IMG/VR virus record: IMGVR_UViG_3300034760_000025
Coordinates: 9,300 to 73,299 of that record
Reading direction: 5' to 3' (one strand)
Source of the DNA: a virus
Length of the DNA stretch: 64,000 bases
In this document: positions 37,935 through 47,846 of the stretch, one piece after another
Position numbering within the stretch: the first letter of the stretch is position 1
Layout of the letters: the number at the start of each line of letters is the position of its first letter
Notes under the pieces: model-generated
What the model was told of the DNA's origin: nothing
The model's input: only the letters and a program-made list of their open reading frames with translations
Databases searched by the model: none
Program-made: the position numbers and the translations under genes

Positions 37935-37983
37935 GAGGTCAATCCTATGTCTAGTGCGGAACATGCCGCAGTTGGGGGGCGGC

Positions 37984-38439
37984 GTGGCCCGTTCTGACCT
38001 TGAACCGGAGGTGCTGCACGCGGACGGTATCGCCGTGCTGCTGCGGGCCCGGCTCGACGAGCTGGGGTGCGACTTTCCCGTGTACCGCGATGGGCGGATC
38101 CCCGCGACCCCGTCGTACCCGTACTACGTCGTGTGGGGGTCCGCGGGGACCCCGTACGCGCCCGCTGACCGGCTCGCCGGGTACGGCGGGGAGGTCACCA
38201 GCACCCACCAGATCACCGCGGCCGGTTTGAGCGTCGACGACGTGATCGGCGCCGTGGGCCGGGCCCGGTTCGCGTTGCACCGCCGGCGGCCGGTCGTGCC
38301 GGGGCGTCGGGGTGGGGAGCTGACCCACGACGGGACACCGGGCCGGCCCGTGCCGGACCCGCAGCGGGAGGCCGGCGGCCAGCAGGTGCTGGCGCTGCCG
38401 ATGTTCTTCCGTCTCACCACATCACCGAAACGAGTATGA
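37984..38439 (+). CDS. Tail terminator-like protein
   Basis: VYRDG..P....PYYVVW, QITAAG; position before the major tail gene. Confidence 0.65.
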   Translation: MARSDLEPEVLHADGIAVLLRARLDELGCDFPVYRDGRIPATPSYPYYVVWGSAGTPYAPADRLAGYGGEVTSTHQITAAGLSVDDVIGAVGRARFALHRRRPVVPGRRGGELTHDGTPGRPVPDPQREAGGQQVLALPMFFRLTTSPKRV

Positions 38440-38456
38440 GGGAGCGTGACCCGGCG

Positions 38457-38912
38457 ATGGCCGACACGAAAAAGAGCAGCAAGCCGGGCCACGACGGCAA
38501 GGCGAAGGTCAGCGAGGGCGGCACGGTCGACACCGGCGGCAGGCCCGGGTGGGTGTGGGTCACCGACGACGTCTCCGGGCACCGGTTCGACATTCGGTCG
38601 AACCGGCTTCCCCGGGCGGGGTTGACCCCGGTCGAGGGCTACCCGATCAACTACAAGCAGTTCGCCCGGCCGGGGAAGACCCGCGCGGAGTTGGGGTCGG
38701 ACGTGGCGCCGGCCCCGGTCGACGCCGGGGAGCTGGTGCCGGGTGAGCACCCGTCGGGTGACGCGGTCGCCGAGACCGCGGTGGTCGAGAAGAAGGCCAG
38801 CGAGGCGAAGGCGTCGGGTGACGCCGCGCAGAAGGCCGACGCGGCCGCGAAGAACCAGACCGCGGGCGCCGCCGGCGGTAAGAGCACCACCGCGAAGGGG
38901 GCCCAGAAGTGA
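38457..38912 (+). CDS. Hypothetical low-complexity tail-region protein
   Basis: WVWVTDDVSGHRFD; Ala/Lys tail. Confidence 0.65.
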   Translation: MADTKKSSKPGHDGKAKVSEGGTVDTGGRPGWVWVTDDVSGHRFDIRSNRLPRAGLTPVEGYPINYKQFARPGKTRAELGSDVAPAPVDAGELVPGEHPSGDAVAETAVVEKKASEAKASGDAAQKADAAAKNQTAGAAGGKSTTAKGAQK

Positions 38913-39409
38913 CCCAGCCAGCCGCAGTCGAAACGAACGGCACCGTCCTGGTCAAGTTCATGCCGGTCGTTGCGAACCCGCAGGCGCCGACGATGGCCGA
39001 GATCAACGCGGCGGGGGCGCTCGACCTGTCGTGCTACCTCACCGGCGACGGTCTGAACACCGACACCAGCGAGAACAACATCGAGGACGCGCGGCTGTGT
39101 TCCAAGCAGACGTACGAGTCTCCGGGTGACTTCACCCGGACCCTCGAATTGACGTACGTGTACAACCCGGAAAGCCCGTCGGACGACGAGGCGCGCCTGG
39201 AGCTGCCCCGGGGCACGGTCGGGTGGATCGGGATCCGGTGGGCGGTCGACTCCGCGCAGGCCGAGGCCGCCGGTGACATCTGGGACCTGTACCCGGTCAA
39301 GATGGGCGCGCAGCGTAAGCAGACCCCCGGCCGTAACGGGGTGCACCGGATCACGCAGAAGCCGTTCGTGACCGGGGAGATGGCCGAGGACGTCGTCGCG
39401 GTCGCCTGA
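38909..39409 (+). CDS. Major tail protein
   Basis: PTMAEINA..LDLSCYLT...EDARLCS...G....L.Y; followed by a terminator and the chaperones. Confidence 0.85.
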   Translation: MTQPAAVETNGTVLVKFMPVVANPQAPTMAEINAAGALDLSCYLTGDGLNTDTSENNIEDARLCSKQTYESPGDFTRTLELTYVYNPESPSDDEARLELPRGTVGWIGIRWAVDSAQAEAAGDIWDLYPVKMGAQRKQTPGRNGVHRITQKPFVTGEMAEDVVAVA

Positions 39410-39425
39410 CCCGGCGCCCTGTTCC

Positions 39426-39511
39426 GCTGGCCGTGGCCCTTCGGGCGGGAAGGGCCACGGCCAGCACCCCCGCACCACCGCAGCCCGACCTCATGAGGGG
39501 TCGGGTTTTTT
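39426..39511 (+). terminator. Double hairpin ending in a Rho-independent terminator
   Basis: 16-bp perfect IR 39426-39441/39450-39465; CCCGACC...GGTCGGG followed by T6 at 39484-39511. Confidence 0.8.
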
Positions 39512-39547
39512 CGTGTCGCCCCGCGGGGCAGAAGGTGAGCACCACCG

Positions 39548-40150
39548 ATGATCGACATGCCGTTGGCCCTGGACGACATCCTCGACGAGGCGTCGCTGCC
39601 CGAGCAGACCGTCCTGCTGTGCCTCAATGGGAAGCTGCGCGCCCAGTACGACCAGATGAAGGCCCGGATCGATGCGCGGGCCGAAGAGGCGGAGCAGGCC
39701 CGTCTCGCCGCCACCGCGGCCCGGACGGTCGCCGACGACCGGTTGGGCGCGAAGACCCCGGCGGCCCTGGTGGCGGTGCCGGACCCGGAGCAGCCGGCCC
39801 TCGACGCCCTGGTCGTGAAGATGCGCCGGTACACCATCGGGTGCGTGCTGCGGGCCATCCCGTCGCAGGACTGGAACCGGTTGGTGGAGAAGCACCCGCC
39901 GCGCAAGCTCGCCGACAACGGCCGGTTCGACCCCCGCGACGGCGACGGGGTGAACAGTCGGACGTTCTACCCGGAGCTGGTGCGGCTGTCGCTGGCTGAG
40001 CCGGCCATGACCGACGCCCAGTACGAGAAGTTGATGGGGAAGGTCACCGACGCGATGTTCGACCGGCTGGCGCAGGCCGCCGCGGATGTGAATCGGCGGG
40101 ATGAGGACATCCCTTTCTCGCTGGGCGGATCGGAGAGTCCCCGGAGCTGA
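39548..40150 (+). CDS. Tail assembly chaperone (G)
   Basis: Between major tail and tape measure; ends DEDIPF near the slippery site. Confidence 0.82.
   Translation: MIDMPLALDDILDEASLPEQTVLLCLNGKLRAQYDQMKARIDARAEEAEQARLAATAARTVADDRLGAKTPAALVAVPDPEQPALDALVVKMRRYTIGCVLRAIPSQDWNRLVEKHPPRKLADNGRFDPRDGDGVNSRTFYPELVRLSLAEPAMTDAQYEKLMGKVTDAMFDRLAQAAADVNRRDEDIPFSLGGSESPRS
40111..40117 (+). other. Programmed -1 ribosomal frameshift site C CCT TTC producing the GT chaperone
   Basis: X XXY YYZ heptamer in the correct phase; the -1 frame is open to 40587 (PFLAGRIGESPELRRRL...). Confidence 0.75.
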
Positions 40151-40587
40151 GGCGGCGGCTGGTCGCCGCCCGGGCCATGAACATGGCCCTGAAACGGCTC
40201 GATGGTTGGGAGCCGAAGACCACGACGACGGTCACCAAGTTCGACGGGGCTGGTCGGGCGGTGCGGTGGGAGACGGTCACCGAACCGGAGTGGGACACCC
40301 GGGAACGGTCGCTGATGCTCGCCCTCGCGTACTGGGAGGCCGGGCTGTGTCGCCGCTGCGGTGAACACATGTCGAAGACCCTCGACCCGATGACGGACCC
40401 GGACCGGCCGGAGGCAACCCGCCGGTGGGTCGCTGAGGGCCCCGACGAGTGCCATTGCTGTAAGGCGATGGTCCGCGCTGAGCGGAAACTCGCCGACGAC
40501 GAGAACGCCGGCGGGATGGCCGCCTGGGCGTTCCACACCCCCGCGCTGATCGCCGTGAAACCGCGGCTGCGTAGGAAACGACGCTAG
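40111..40587 (+). CDS. Tail assembly chaperone, frameshifted C-terminal part (T)
   Basis: RLDGWEP...EPEWD..ER..MLAL...CRRCG...CHCC. Confidence 0.75.
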   Translation, partial: PFLAGRIGESPELRRRLVAARAMNMALKRLDGWEPKTTTTVTKFDGAGRAVRWETVTEPEWDTRERSLMLALAYWEAGLCRRCGEHMSKTLDPMTDPDRPEATRRWVAEGPDECHCCKAMVRAERKLADDENAGGMAAWAFHTPALIAVKPRLRRKRR

Positions 40588-40603
40588 GAAGGGCGGGCCG
40601 GGT

Positions 40604-43600
40604 ATGACCGAGCGCAACGTCACCGTGAGGCTGGGTCTGTCGGTCCGCGACTACATCTCCGGTGGGACTGCCGCCGATGCGATGAACCGCCGCATGACGG
40701 AGTCGATGCGGGACCTGGGCGCCGAGGCCGACCGGACCGCGGGGAAGCTGACCGGGGCGGGTAACGCCGCCGAGCGGTCCGGGAAGCGGATGGGCCGGGG
40801 CGCGTTGTACGGGGCGGCTGGCGTCGCTGCGCTCGCGGCGGCCGGTGGTGGGCTGAAAATCCTGCCGCCGCTGCTGGCCGCGACCGCGACGGCGGGGGCG
40901 GCGCTGCCGGGGATCCTCGGTGGTGCCGCGACCGGCGCCGCGGTCCTCAAGATCGCCCTGAGTGGTGTCGGGGACGCGCTGGGTGACATCTATTCGACCG
41001 ATGACCCGTTCTCCCGGCTGACGCCGAACGCGCGCAAGTTCCTCGCCGTCGCGGATCAGGTGAAGCCGAAGCTGCTGGGGTTGCAGGCCGGGTTGCAGCA
41101 GCGGGTCATGCAGGGCACCGCGGCGGACCTGAAACTGTTCACCGACGTGACCGTCCCGGCTGTCACGGCCGGGTTGGAGCGGATCGCTGACGACTGGGCG
41201 GACACGTTCGCTGAGCTGGCCCTGGCGGCGGCTGACCCGCAGGTCACGGGGGCGTTCAACACCGTCGCCGAGTCCGCTGACCGGTTTTTCGACCAGTTCA
41301 ACGACCGGATCCGGCCGACGGCGAAGGCCGTGGCGTCGCTGGTGGAGTCCGCTGACCCGGTCGCCCGGGCGGTTGGTGACAGCCTCGTCGGGATGATCGA
41401 CCGGTTCACCGCCCGGGTCGCCGTAGCGAAGCGGTCCGGCAGCCTCGACGAGCTGTTCGCCGGCGGTGCGGAAGCGGCCCGCGATCTGGCCAGCATCACC
41501 GGGAACGTGCTGCGGCTGACGGGGCAGACCATAGCCGCGGTCAATCGGCAGGGCACCGGGTTCGGTGACATGGCCGACCGGCTCGACCAGTACATCGCGT
41601 CCGGCCGGTCGATCAAGGACATCACCGGGATTGTGAACACGCTGACCACCGCCTATGAGGGGGTGGCGTCGGTGCTGGGCCCGCTGGGTGCGTTGGCCCG
41701 TGACGCTTTCGCTGACCCGGGGACGATGCAGTCGATCCAGTCGACGTTTCAGATCCTGGCGGCCGGGTCGCAGGTCCTCGCCGAGGTCGCCCGGCTGTTC
41801 CTGGCGTTGAACGGTGCCACCGGTGGGATGCTGCTGACCGTTGTGGCGCTGGGGCTGATCGTGTCGAAGGCCACCGCCGGTATCACGCTGATGGGCGTCG
41901 CGGCGGGGAAGGCGTCGACCAGGTTGGCGACGATGGGGCCGGCCGGCGCTCAGGCCGGCAGGGGGCTGAACGCGGTAGCTGCGGGCGCTGGGCGGGCGTT
42001 GGGTGCGCTGATCGCCCTGCAGGTCATCGACGACGTGCTCGGGTCGCTGCAGGGCGACCTGAACCCGCAGATTGAGGCCGTCGGGTCGGGGCTGGTGCAG
42101 TGGGCGAAGGACGGGAAACTCGCCGGTGAGGCGGCCCGGGTGCTGGGCTCCGACTTTGAGGACCTCAAGGTCGGGTTCGCGTTCCTCGCCGATGAGGACA
42201 GCAAACGCCGGGGTGCTGTCCGGGCGCTGCAGGGCGGCCTCGAGGCGATCGTGCCGGGTCTTGACGGGACCAGCACGTCGTTGACGAAGACCGGTGAGCG
42301 GATCGTCGCTATGGACGCGTCCCTGGCCGGGTTGGTCCAGGGTGGGCACACCGCGCAGGCGGCGGGGGCCTTCCAGGACCTTGCCGACGTCCTGGCCGTC
42401 GACGGGGTGTCGCTGGACGAGTTCAAGGCGAAGTTCCCGCAGTATGCGGCCGCGATGGAGGTGGCCACGTCCGCGACGGGTGGGGCGTCGGCGGCTGTGT
42501 CCGATCACTCCGAGCGGACGCGGCTCCTCGCGGGGTCTTTCCAGGAAGCGTCGGCGGCGGGTAAGGACCTCGCTACGACGATGGCGTTGCTGAACGGGAC
42601 CAGCCTGACCGCGTTTCAGGCGGAGGTTGCCCTCGAACAGGCGTACGACGCCGCCCGGGAGGCGATCGGGAAGAACGGGAGGACGGTCAACAAGGCCACC
42701 GGGGAGATCGACAAGAGTACGAAAGCGGGCCAGGAGAACGCGCTGAGCCTCGCGAAGATCGTCGAGGTGTCGACGGCGGCGGCGGACGCGGCGAACAAGC
42801 GGGCCGGGAACGAAAAGGCCGGGATCCCGATCCTGATCGCCGCCCGGGAAGAGTTCGTGAAGCTGGCCACCAAGGCCACCGGTTCCGCTGCGGCGGCGAA
42901 GCGGCTGGCCGACGAAATCTTCAACATCCCCAACAAGGATGTCCAGATCGCCGCGAAGACGGAGAAGGCCCTCGCGAAGGTCGAGGCGCTGGGGTTCAAG
43001 GTCAAGCGGATGCCTGACGGCAGGTTCGTCATCGACGCTGGCACCGAAGCGGCCCGGGCGAAGCTCGAATCGTTGGGGTACCGGGTCAAGACCATGCCCG
43101 ACGGCACCGTCCAGGTCATCGCCGAGACCGAAGCGGCGAAGCGGCGCATCGCGGAGGCCCGCGCGCAACTGGCCGCGCTGAACGGGAAGACGGCGACAAC
43201 GTACGTCGTGACGAAGGCCAACTACATCGGCCCCGTCGGCCCCAAATCCCCGTACGCGAAGAAGGCGCAGGGTGGTGTCAGCATCCCCCGGCAGCACGGC
43301 GGGGTGCGGGCGGCCGCGCAGGGGCTCCTCCAGCCGGAGATCGCCCCGCCGGGCACCCGCTACCAGTGGGCGGAGCCGGAAACCGGTGGGGAGCTGTTCC
43401 TGCCCCGTCGGGGTATCAACATGCGGCGGGGTCGGGAGCTGCTCGGCGTCGCCGCCGGCTGGTACAACGGTGTGTTCCTGCCGATGGCCCGCGGTGGGGT
43501 TCGGCGGGCCGCGGCCGGGTTGGTGAACATGGCACCGCGGGAGACACCGGCGGCGCCGGCCAGGGCGACCCGGCTCGACTACGCCGAGTCGTACCTACAG

Positions 43601-44593
43601 GCCCGTACCGCGGTGCAGGGCCTCAACGCGGCCCTCAAGGAGAACGGGCGCTGGTTCGGCACGTCGACGGTCAAGGGGCAGGAGAACACGGGGGCGCTGT
43701 ACGCGGCGATCCGCGCCGCGCAGGACGCCGCGAAGACCAAATTTGAGGAGACCGGGTCGGTCAAGCAGGCCAACGCGGCGTACGCGGCGCACATCGCCCG
43801 GCTGCGGGCCACCCTGCAGCAGCAGAAAGTCAACAGTGCCACCGTGCGGCAGTTGCTGGCGTTGGCGACCCGCCCGGTGTACGACCCGCCGGCCACGACG
43901 CCGGCGGCGCCGCAGAACAGCCTGGGTGCGATCGCCTGGGCGAAGTCGGCGATCACGGCGGCGGGCGGGATTGAGGACCTGCGGGACAAGCTGTCCCTCA
44001 ACCGGCCGGGGATCAGCCTGGGAACCCCTGAGGGGCGGGAGAACCTGTCGGGGATCATCGGGTTCCTGGAGCAGGCCGCGGCGGCGGCGCAGGACCGGTA
44101 CGCGCAGAGCGGCAGCGCGAAGACCGCGACGGCGCTCTACAACGGGTACGTCGCCCAGCTGCGGCAGGCCTTGGCCGCGAACGGGTTCACCCCGGCGGTC
44201 GTCGCGGGGATTCTGTCGGCGTACGGGCGGATCACGTTGCAGCCCAACGCCCGCGGTGGGGTGTACATGGCCGCCCGGGGTGCGATGTCGCTGTCCGATC
44301 CGACGCTGTTCCCGTCGGCGGGCCGGACCTTGTACGGCTTCGCTGAGCGGGGCACCGGCGGGGAGGCGTTCATCCCCCGCAACGGGGAGCAGAAACGGGG
44401 CCGGGAGCTCGTCGACACCACCGCACGGTGGTACGGGGGGCGTTTCACACCGGCCGGCGGTGGCGGCACCACATCCACGGTCATCAACAACAACCTGAAC
44501 GTGACGCCGCTGTCGTACAACCCCACCACCGCCGAACTGCTCGGTTTCCAGAAAGCGATGGATGCCCAGGCGCGGGTGGGGCGGCGGCGTTGA
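40604..44593 (+). CDS. Tape measure protein
   Basis: 1,329 aa, Ala/Gly-rich helical; RNVTVRL N-terminus; follows the chaperones. Confidence 0.93.
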   Translation: MTERNVTVRLGLSVRDYISGGTAADAMNRRMTESMRDLGAEADRTAGKLTGAGNAAERSGKRMGRGALYGAAGVAALAAAGGGLKILPPLLAATATAGAALPGILGGAATGAAVLKIALSGVGDALGDIYSTDDPFSRLTPNARKFLAVADQVKPKLLGLQAGLQQRVMQGTAADLKLFTDVTVPAVTAGLERIADDWADTFAELALAAADPQVTGAFNTVAESADRFFDQFNDRIRPTAKAVASLVESADPVARAVGDSLVGMIDRFTARVAVAKRSGSLDELFAGGAEAARDLASITGNVLRLTGQTIAAVNRQGTGFGDMADRLDQYIASGRSIKDITGIVNTLTTAYEGVASVLGPLGALARDAFADPGTMQSIQSTFQILAAGSQVLAEVARLFLALNGATGGMLLTVVALGLIVSKATAGITLMGVAAGKASTRLATMGPAGAQAGRGLNAVAAGAGRALGALIALQVIDDVLGSLQGDLNPQIEAVGSGLVQWAKDGKLAGEAARVLGSDFEDLKVGFAFLADEDSKRRGAVRALQGGLEAIVPGLDGTSTSLTKTGERIVAMDASLAGLVQGGHTAQAAGAFQDLADVLAVDGVSLDEFKAKFPQYAAAMEVATSATGGASAAVSDHSERTRLLAGSFQEASAAGKDLATTMALLNGTSLTAFQAEVALEQAYDAAREAIGKNGRTVNKATGEIDKSTKAGQENALSLAKIVEVSTAAADAANKRAGNEKAGIPILIAAREEFVKLATKATGSAAAAKRLADEIFNIPNKDVQIAAKTEKALAKVEALGFKVKRMPDGRFVIDAGTEAARAKLESLGYRVKTMPDGTVQVIAETEAAKRRIAEARAQLAALNGKTATTYVVTKANYIGPVGPKSPYAKKAQGGVSIPRQHGGVRAAAQGLLQPEIAPPGTRYQWAEPETGGELFLPRRGINMRRGRELLGVAAGWYNGVFLPMARGGVRRAAAGLVNMAPRETPAAPARATRLDYAESYLQARTAVQGLNAALKENGRWFGTSTVKGQENTGALYAAIRAAQDAAKTKFEETGSVKQANAAYAAHIARLRATLQQQKVNSATVRQLLALATRPVYDPPATTPAAPQNSLGAIAWAKSAITAAGGIEDLRDKLSLNRPGISLGTPEGRENLSGIIGFLEQAAAAAQDRYAQSGSAKTATALYNGYVAQLRQALAANGFTPAVVAGILSAYGRITLQPNARGGVYMAARGAMSLSDPTLFPSAGRTLYGFAERGTGGEAFIPRNGEQKRGRELVDTTARWYGGRFTPAGGGGTTSTVINNNLNVTPLSYNPTTAELLGFQKAMDAQARVGRRR

Positions 44594-44617
44594 CGATGAT
44601 CGGGAGAGGGGTCCGCT

Positions 44618-45601
44618 GTGCCGGTCGCGAGAGGTAATAATCCGGGGCTGCCGGTCGTCCCGGACAGCGGGCCGGTTGCCCGGGTCATCCCCCCGGTCGG
44701 GGTGTTCACCCCGGAGTGGTGGTCGCCGGCGCCACCGGGTGAGGAGCCGACCCGGTTGGCGCTCAACCCGCCCGGTAACTCGCTGTTCTCGCTGCGGTCC
44801 GTCGCCGGGCTCGGCGCGGCGCCGGTCGACATCGTGTCGACTCCGGCGGCGGACGGCGGCGTCATCGTCGAGTTCGTCCGGCCGAAGGAACGCACGATCC
44901 TGTGGCCGATCCGGTTGCGCGCCGACACCCACGACGCGTTCGTCGAGCTGTGGCGGGCGACGGTGGAGCGGTTCACCGTCACCCGGCAGTGGGGGCCGGG
45001 CCGGCTGCGGCTGACCCGCCCCGATGGGACCGCCCGGGAGATCCCCGCCGTGTATTCGTCGGGTTTCGAGATGGACCCGGAAGAGGGGGCGTGGACGCAG
45101 GTAACCGCGGTGGTCAACCTGTTGTGCCCGTCGCCGTTCTGGCGGGCGACCGCACCGACGGGGCGGGTGTGGGAGGAAGAGGCGCAACCGGACTACCTCG
45201 CCCCGTACCCGACGATCTCGTCGGGGCAGGTCATCGGGTCTACGGAGATCCGCAACGACGGGCATGAGGACGCGTGGCCTTTCTGGACGGTCCGGGGGCC
45301 GCTGACCTCCTTGGTCGCGGCGAACACCACGAGGGGTGAGTCGTTCACGCTGACGCACACCCTGACCGCTGGGCAGACGATGACGATGTCGTCGCGGCCG
45401 ATCCAGGTGCGGGGCCCGGCTGGTGAGCGGCTCACCGGTGCGTTGAACCTGCTGGCTGGTGGGATCCCGTGGCGGATCAACGCCCGGTCCGTCGCCGATA
45501 TCGTGTTCACCGCGAACGGGTCGGAACCGGAGAGCGCCCCGGGGGAGCATGACGGCACGTCGATCGGCGTGTCGTTCCATGAGCAGTACGAGACCGCGTG
45601 A
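44618..45601 (+). CDS. Distal tail (Dit-like) protein
   Basis: First gene after TMP; GRLRL.RPDG..R.I, CPSPFW, NDG...AWP.WTV.GP. Confidence 0.8.
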   Translation: MPVARGNNPGLPVVPDSGPVARVIPPVGVFTPEWWSPAPPGEEPTRLALNPPGNSLFSLRSVAGLGAAPVDIVSTPAADGGVIVEFVRPKERTILWPIRLRADTHDAFVELWRATVERFTVTRQWGPGRLRLTRPDGTAREIPAVYSSGFEMDPEEGAWTQVTAVVNLLCPSPFWRATAPTGRVWEEEAQPDYLAPYPTISSGQVIGSTEIRNDGHEDAWPFWTVRGPLTSLVAANTTRGESFTLTHTLTAGQTMTMSSRPIQVRGPAGERLTGALNLLAGGIPWRINARSVADIVFTANGSEPESAPGEHDGTSIGVSFHEQYETA

Positions 45602-46836
45602 TGGGCCGGGCGGACTACACCCTGCTGATTACCAACCCGGCGGGGTCGAGCATCGTCGCTGACCCGGTCGGGTCGGCCGATCCGACGACGGGCACCCCCG
45701 GACACACCATGATCGACCTCAAGCCGCGGCACCTCGAGGCCGGGTTCGGGGAGTTCAGCACCGCCGCGGACCCGGACCTACTCGCCGCGGTCAACGACCC
45801 GGACAACCGGGTAGTTGTCCGGCGGGCGCTGGACGACGGGACGGGCACCACCATCGAGATGGCCGGGCCGATCGAGTTGCCGGAGAACGGCTACCAGGCC
45901 GCCCGGGACGGCTCCGGCGGGCTGGGCACGCTGACGGTGAAGTTCGCCGACGACCTGGTCGTGCTCGCCGACCGGCTGGTCTACCCGGATCCGGCGGCCG
46001 CGTCGACAGCGCAGACCACCACCACCCGGTACGTCATCACCGCCCAGAACCCGGAGAACGCGCTGCGGGCGTTGGTGAACCTCAACGCCGGCCCGGGCGC
46101 CCTGACGGCCCGGCGGGTTCCGGGGCTGGTGCTGGGCCCGGACAACAACCTGATGCCCGGGGTGACGGTGTCGACGTCGTTCGACCGGGCGATGGTCCTC
46201 ACCGACGCGCTTCGGGAAGTCGCCCGCCTCCCCGGCGGGCTCGGGCTCGGGTTCCGCATCGTGCAAGTCGGCGGCACCCTGCAGTTCGACGTGTTCCAAC
46301 CGCAGGACCTCAGCAACGAGATCGTTTTCAGCCGGTCGATGGGCAACATCGCCGAGCTGGGCTACTCGAGGGCGGCGCCGACCGCAACGGTCGCGATCGT
46401 GGGTGACGCGACCGCGGGTGTCGGGCGGATCGTCAGCGAGCGGGTCAACACGGTTGCGCACACGGCGGGTTGGCGGCGGCGGGAGGTGTTCGTCGACGCC
46501 CGGGGGGTGTCGAACGCGACCGAGCGGGACCAGGCCGGCGACGAGGCCCTGGCCGAGGGGGCGTCGAAGACCAGGGCGGCGGTGACCGCCCTGGAGACCC
46601 CCGACACCCGCTACGGGTACGACTACGGCCGCGGTGACCTGGTGTCGGTGCAGCCGTACGACGGCGGGCCGTTCATCACCGCGCTGGTGCTGGGTGCGGA
46701 CATCACCGTCACCCCCGACAAGGGCGAGACGGTCGTCCCGGTCATCGGCACCGACAACGACGTCATCGTCGACGCGAAAGCCGCCGAGATCCGCAAGCTG
46801 TGGCGCACCATCGCCCGACTGCAGGGTGCGTTATGA
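45598..46836 (+). CDS. Minor tail protein (ReqiPepy6 Gp37-like / Tal hub)
   Basis: Second gene after TMP; RRREVFVDAR, YGYDY..GDLVSV. Confidence 0.78.
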   Translation: MMGRADYTLLITNPAGSSIVADPVGSADPTTGTPGHTMIDLKPRHLEAGFGEFSTAADPDLLAAVNDPDNRVVVRRALDDGTGTTIEMAGPIELPENGYQAARDGSGGLGTLTVKFADDLVVLADRLVYPDPAAASTAQTTTTRYVITAQNPENALRALVNLNAGPGALTARRVPGLVLGPDNNLMPGVTVSTSFDRAMVLTDALREVARLPGGLGLGFRIVQVGGTLQFDVFQPQDLSNEIVFSRSMGNIAELGYSRAAPTATVAIVGDATAGVGRIVSERVNTVAHTAGWRRREVFVDARGVSNATERDQAGDEALAEGASKTRAAVTALETPDTRYGYDYGRGDLVSVQPYDGGPFITALVLGADITVTPDKGETVVPVIGTDNDVIVDAKAAEIRKLWRTIARLQGAL

Positions 46837-46867
46837 AACCGATCAGGAGAATGGGGGGTGAATAGCG

Positions 46868-47830
46868 GTGGCATACGATTCGTTTCCGAATAACGCGCAC
46901 AATAACCGCGCGATTTCGCTGGCCGAGCAAGAACAACTGTTGGCCCCGCACGGGTTCTCCGGCCTGATCGGGTTCACCGGGGTCACACCGGTGTACGCGA
47001 ACAGCACCGGGCTACACGCCAAGCTACGGGCCGGAGTCGCCGCCGCGGTGCGCGGCACCCGGTTCAACAACGCCACGGAGACGATCGTGGCGTTGGGGGC
47101 GAACACGTCCGGGTCACCGCGGATCGACCTGATCGTGCTGCGGCTGAACCGGGCCGCGACCGCCCCGAACGCGTTCACGGTCACCCCGGTTGTCGTCGCC
47201 GGGACACCGGCGGCGGTGCCGCTGGCACCGCAACCGGTGCGTAACAACACCCTCGACGGCACGGGCGTGTGGGACATCCCGGTCGCTGAGGCTGACGTGC
47301 CGCACGGGGCGGCGAGTATCCCGTCGACGGCGGTCCGGAACCGGGCGTGGTGGCTCACCGGCAGCGGTTACACCGGGTTCGACGCGGTCAGGCCGCCCGT
47401 CGAGCCGGGTGTGTTCTTCCGGGCCAACGATTCGGGGGTCACGTACGTCGGGACGTCCGGCGGGACGTGGCAGCGGGTGTACTACAACACCGGGTGGTCG
47501 TCGCTGCCGATCCCCGCCGGTGCGGGCTGGTCGGGGCAGGCTTTCCACTTCAACCGGTGCGGCGACCTGGTCGTGATGAACGCCCGGCTGATCCGGACGG
47601 GGGCGACGATGCCGGCGACGGCGTCGGCGGTTTTCGGGACCCTGTCTGACATTTTCCGGCCGACGATGGCGATGTCGGGGACGTACCACTGCACCCTGCC
47701 GGACCACTCCGGGCACGTCGGTGTCAGCACCGGCGGCACCATCACATTCGTCGGTACGAACACCACGGCCCAGAACATTCAGAACGGCGCGACGCTGATA
47801 TCCAACATGGTTTGGCCGGCCGCGGCCTAA
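46868..47830 (+). CDS. Minor tail protein
   Basis: AYDSFP, N.SG.PRIDLIVLRL, WDIPVA, C-terminal beta domain. Confidence 0.75.
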   Translation: MAYDSFPNNAHNNRAISLAEQEQLLAPHGFSGLIGFTGVTPVYANSTGLHAKLRAGVAAAVRGTRFNNATETIVALGANTSGSPRIDLIVLRLNRAATAPNAFTVTPVVVAGTPAAVPLAPQPVRNNTLDGTGVWDIPVAEADVPHGAASIPSTAVRNRAWWLTGSGYTGFDAVRPPVEPGVFFRANDSGVTYVGTSGGTWQRVYYNTGWSSLPIPAGAGWSGQAFHFNRCGDLVVMNARLIRTGATMPATASAVFGTLSDIFRPTMAMSGTYHCTLPDHSGHVGVSTGGTITFVGTNTTAQNIQNGATLISNMVWPAAA

Positions 47831-47846
47831 TAGGGGGCAGACAGAC

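Noticed and set aside
40277-45580. Long minus-strand ORFs (1,006 and 661 aa) opposite the tape measure, and similar ones opposite the giant gene (8032-10455) and tail genes (49039-50760)
   Set aside because: Antisense shadows of GC3-rich genes, which lack stops; no domain-like motifs
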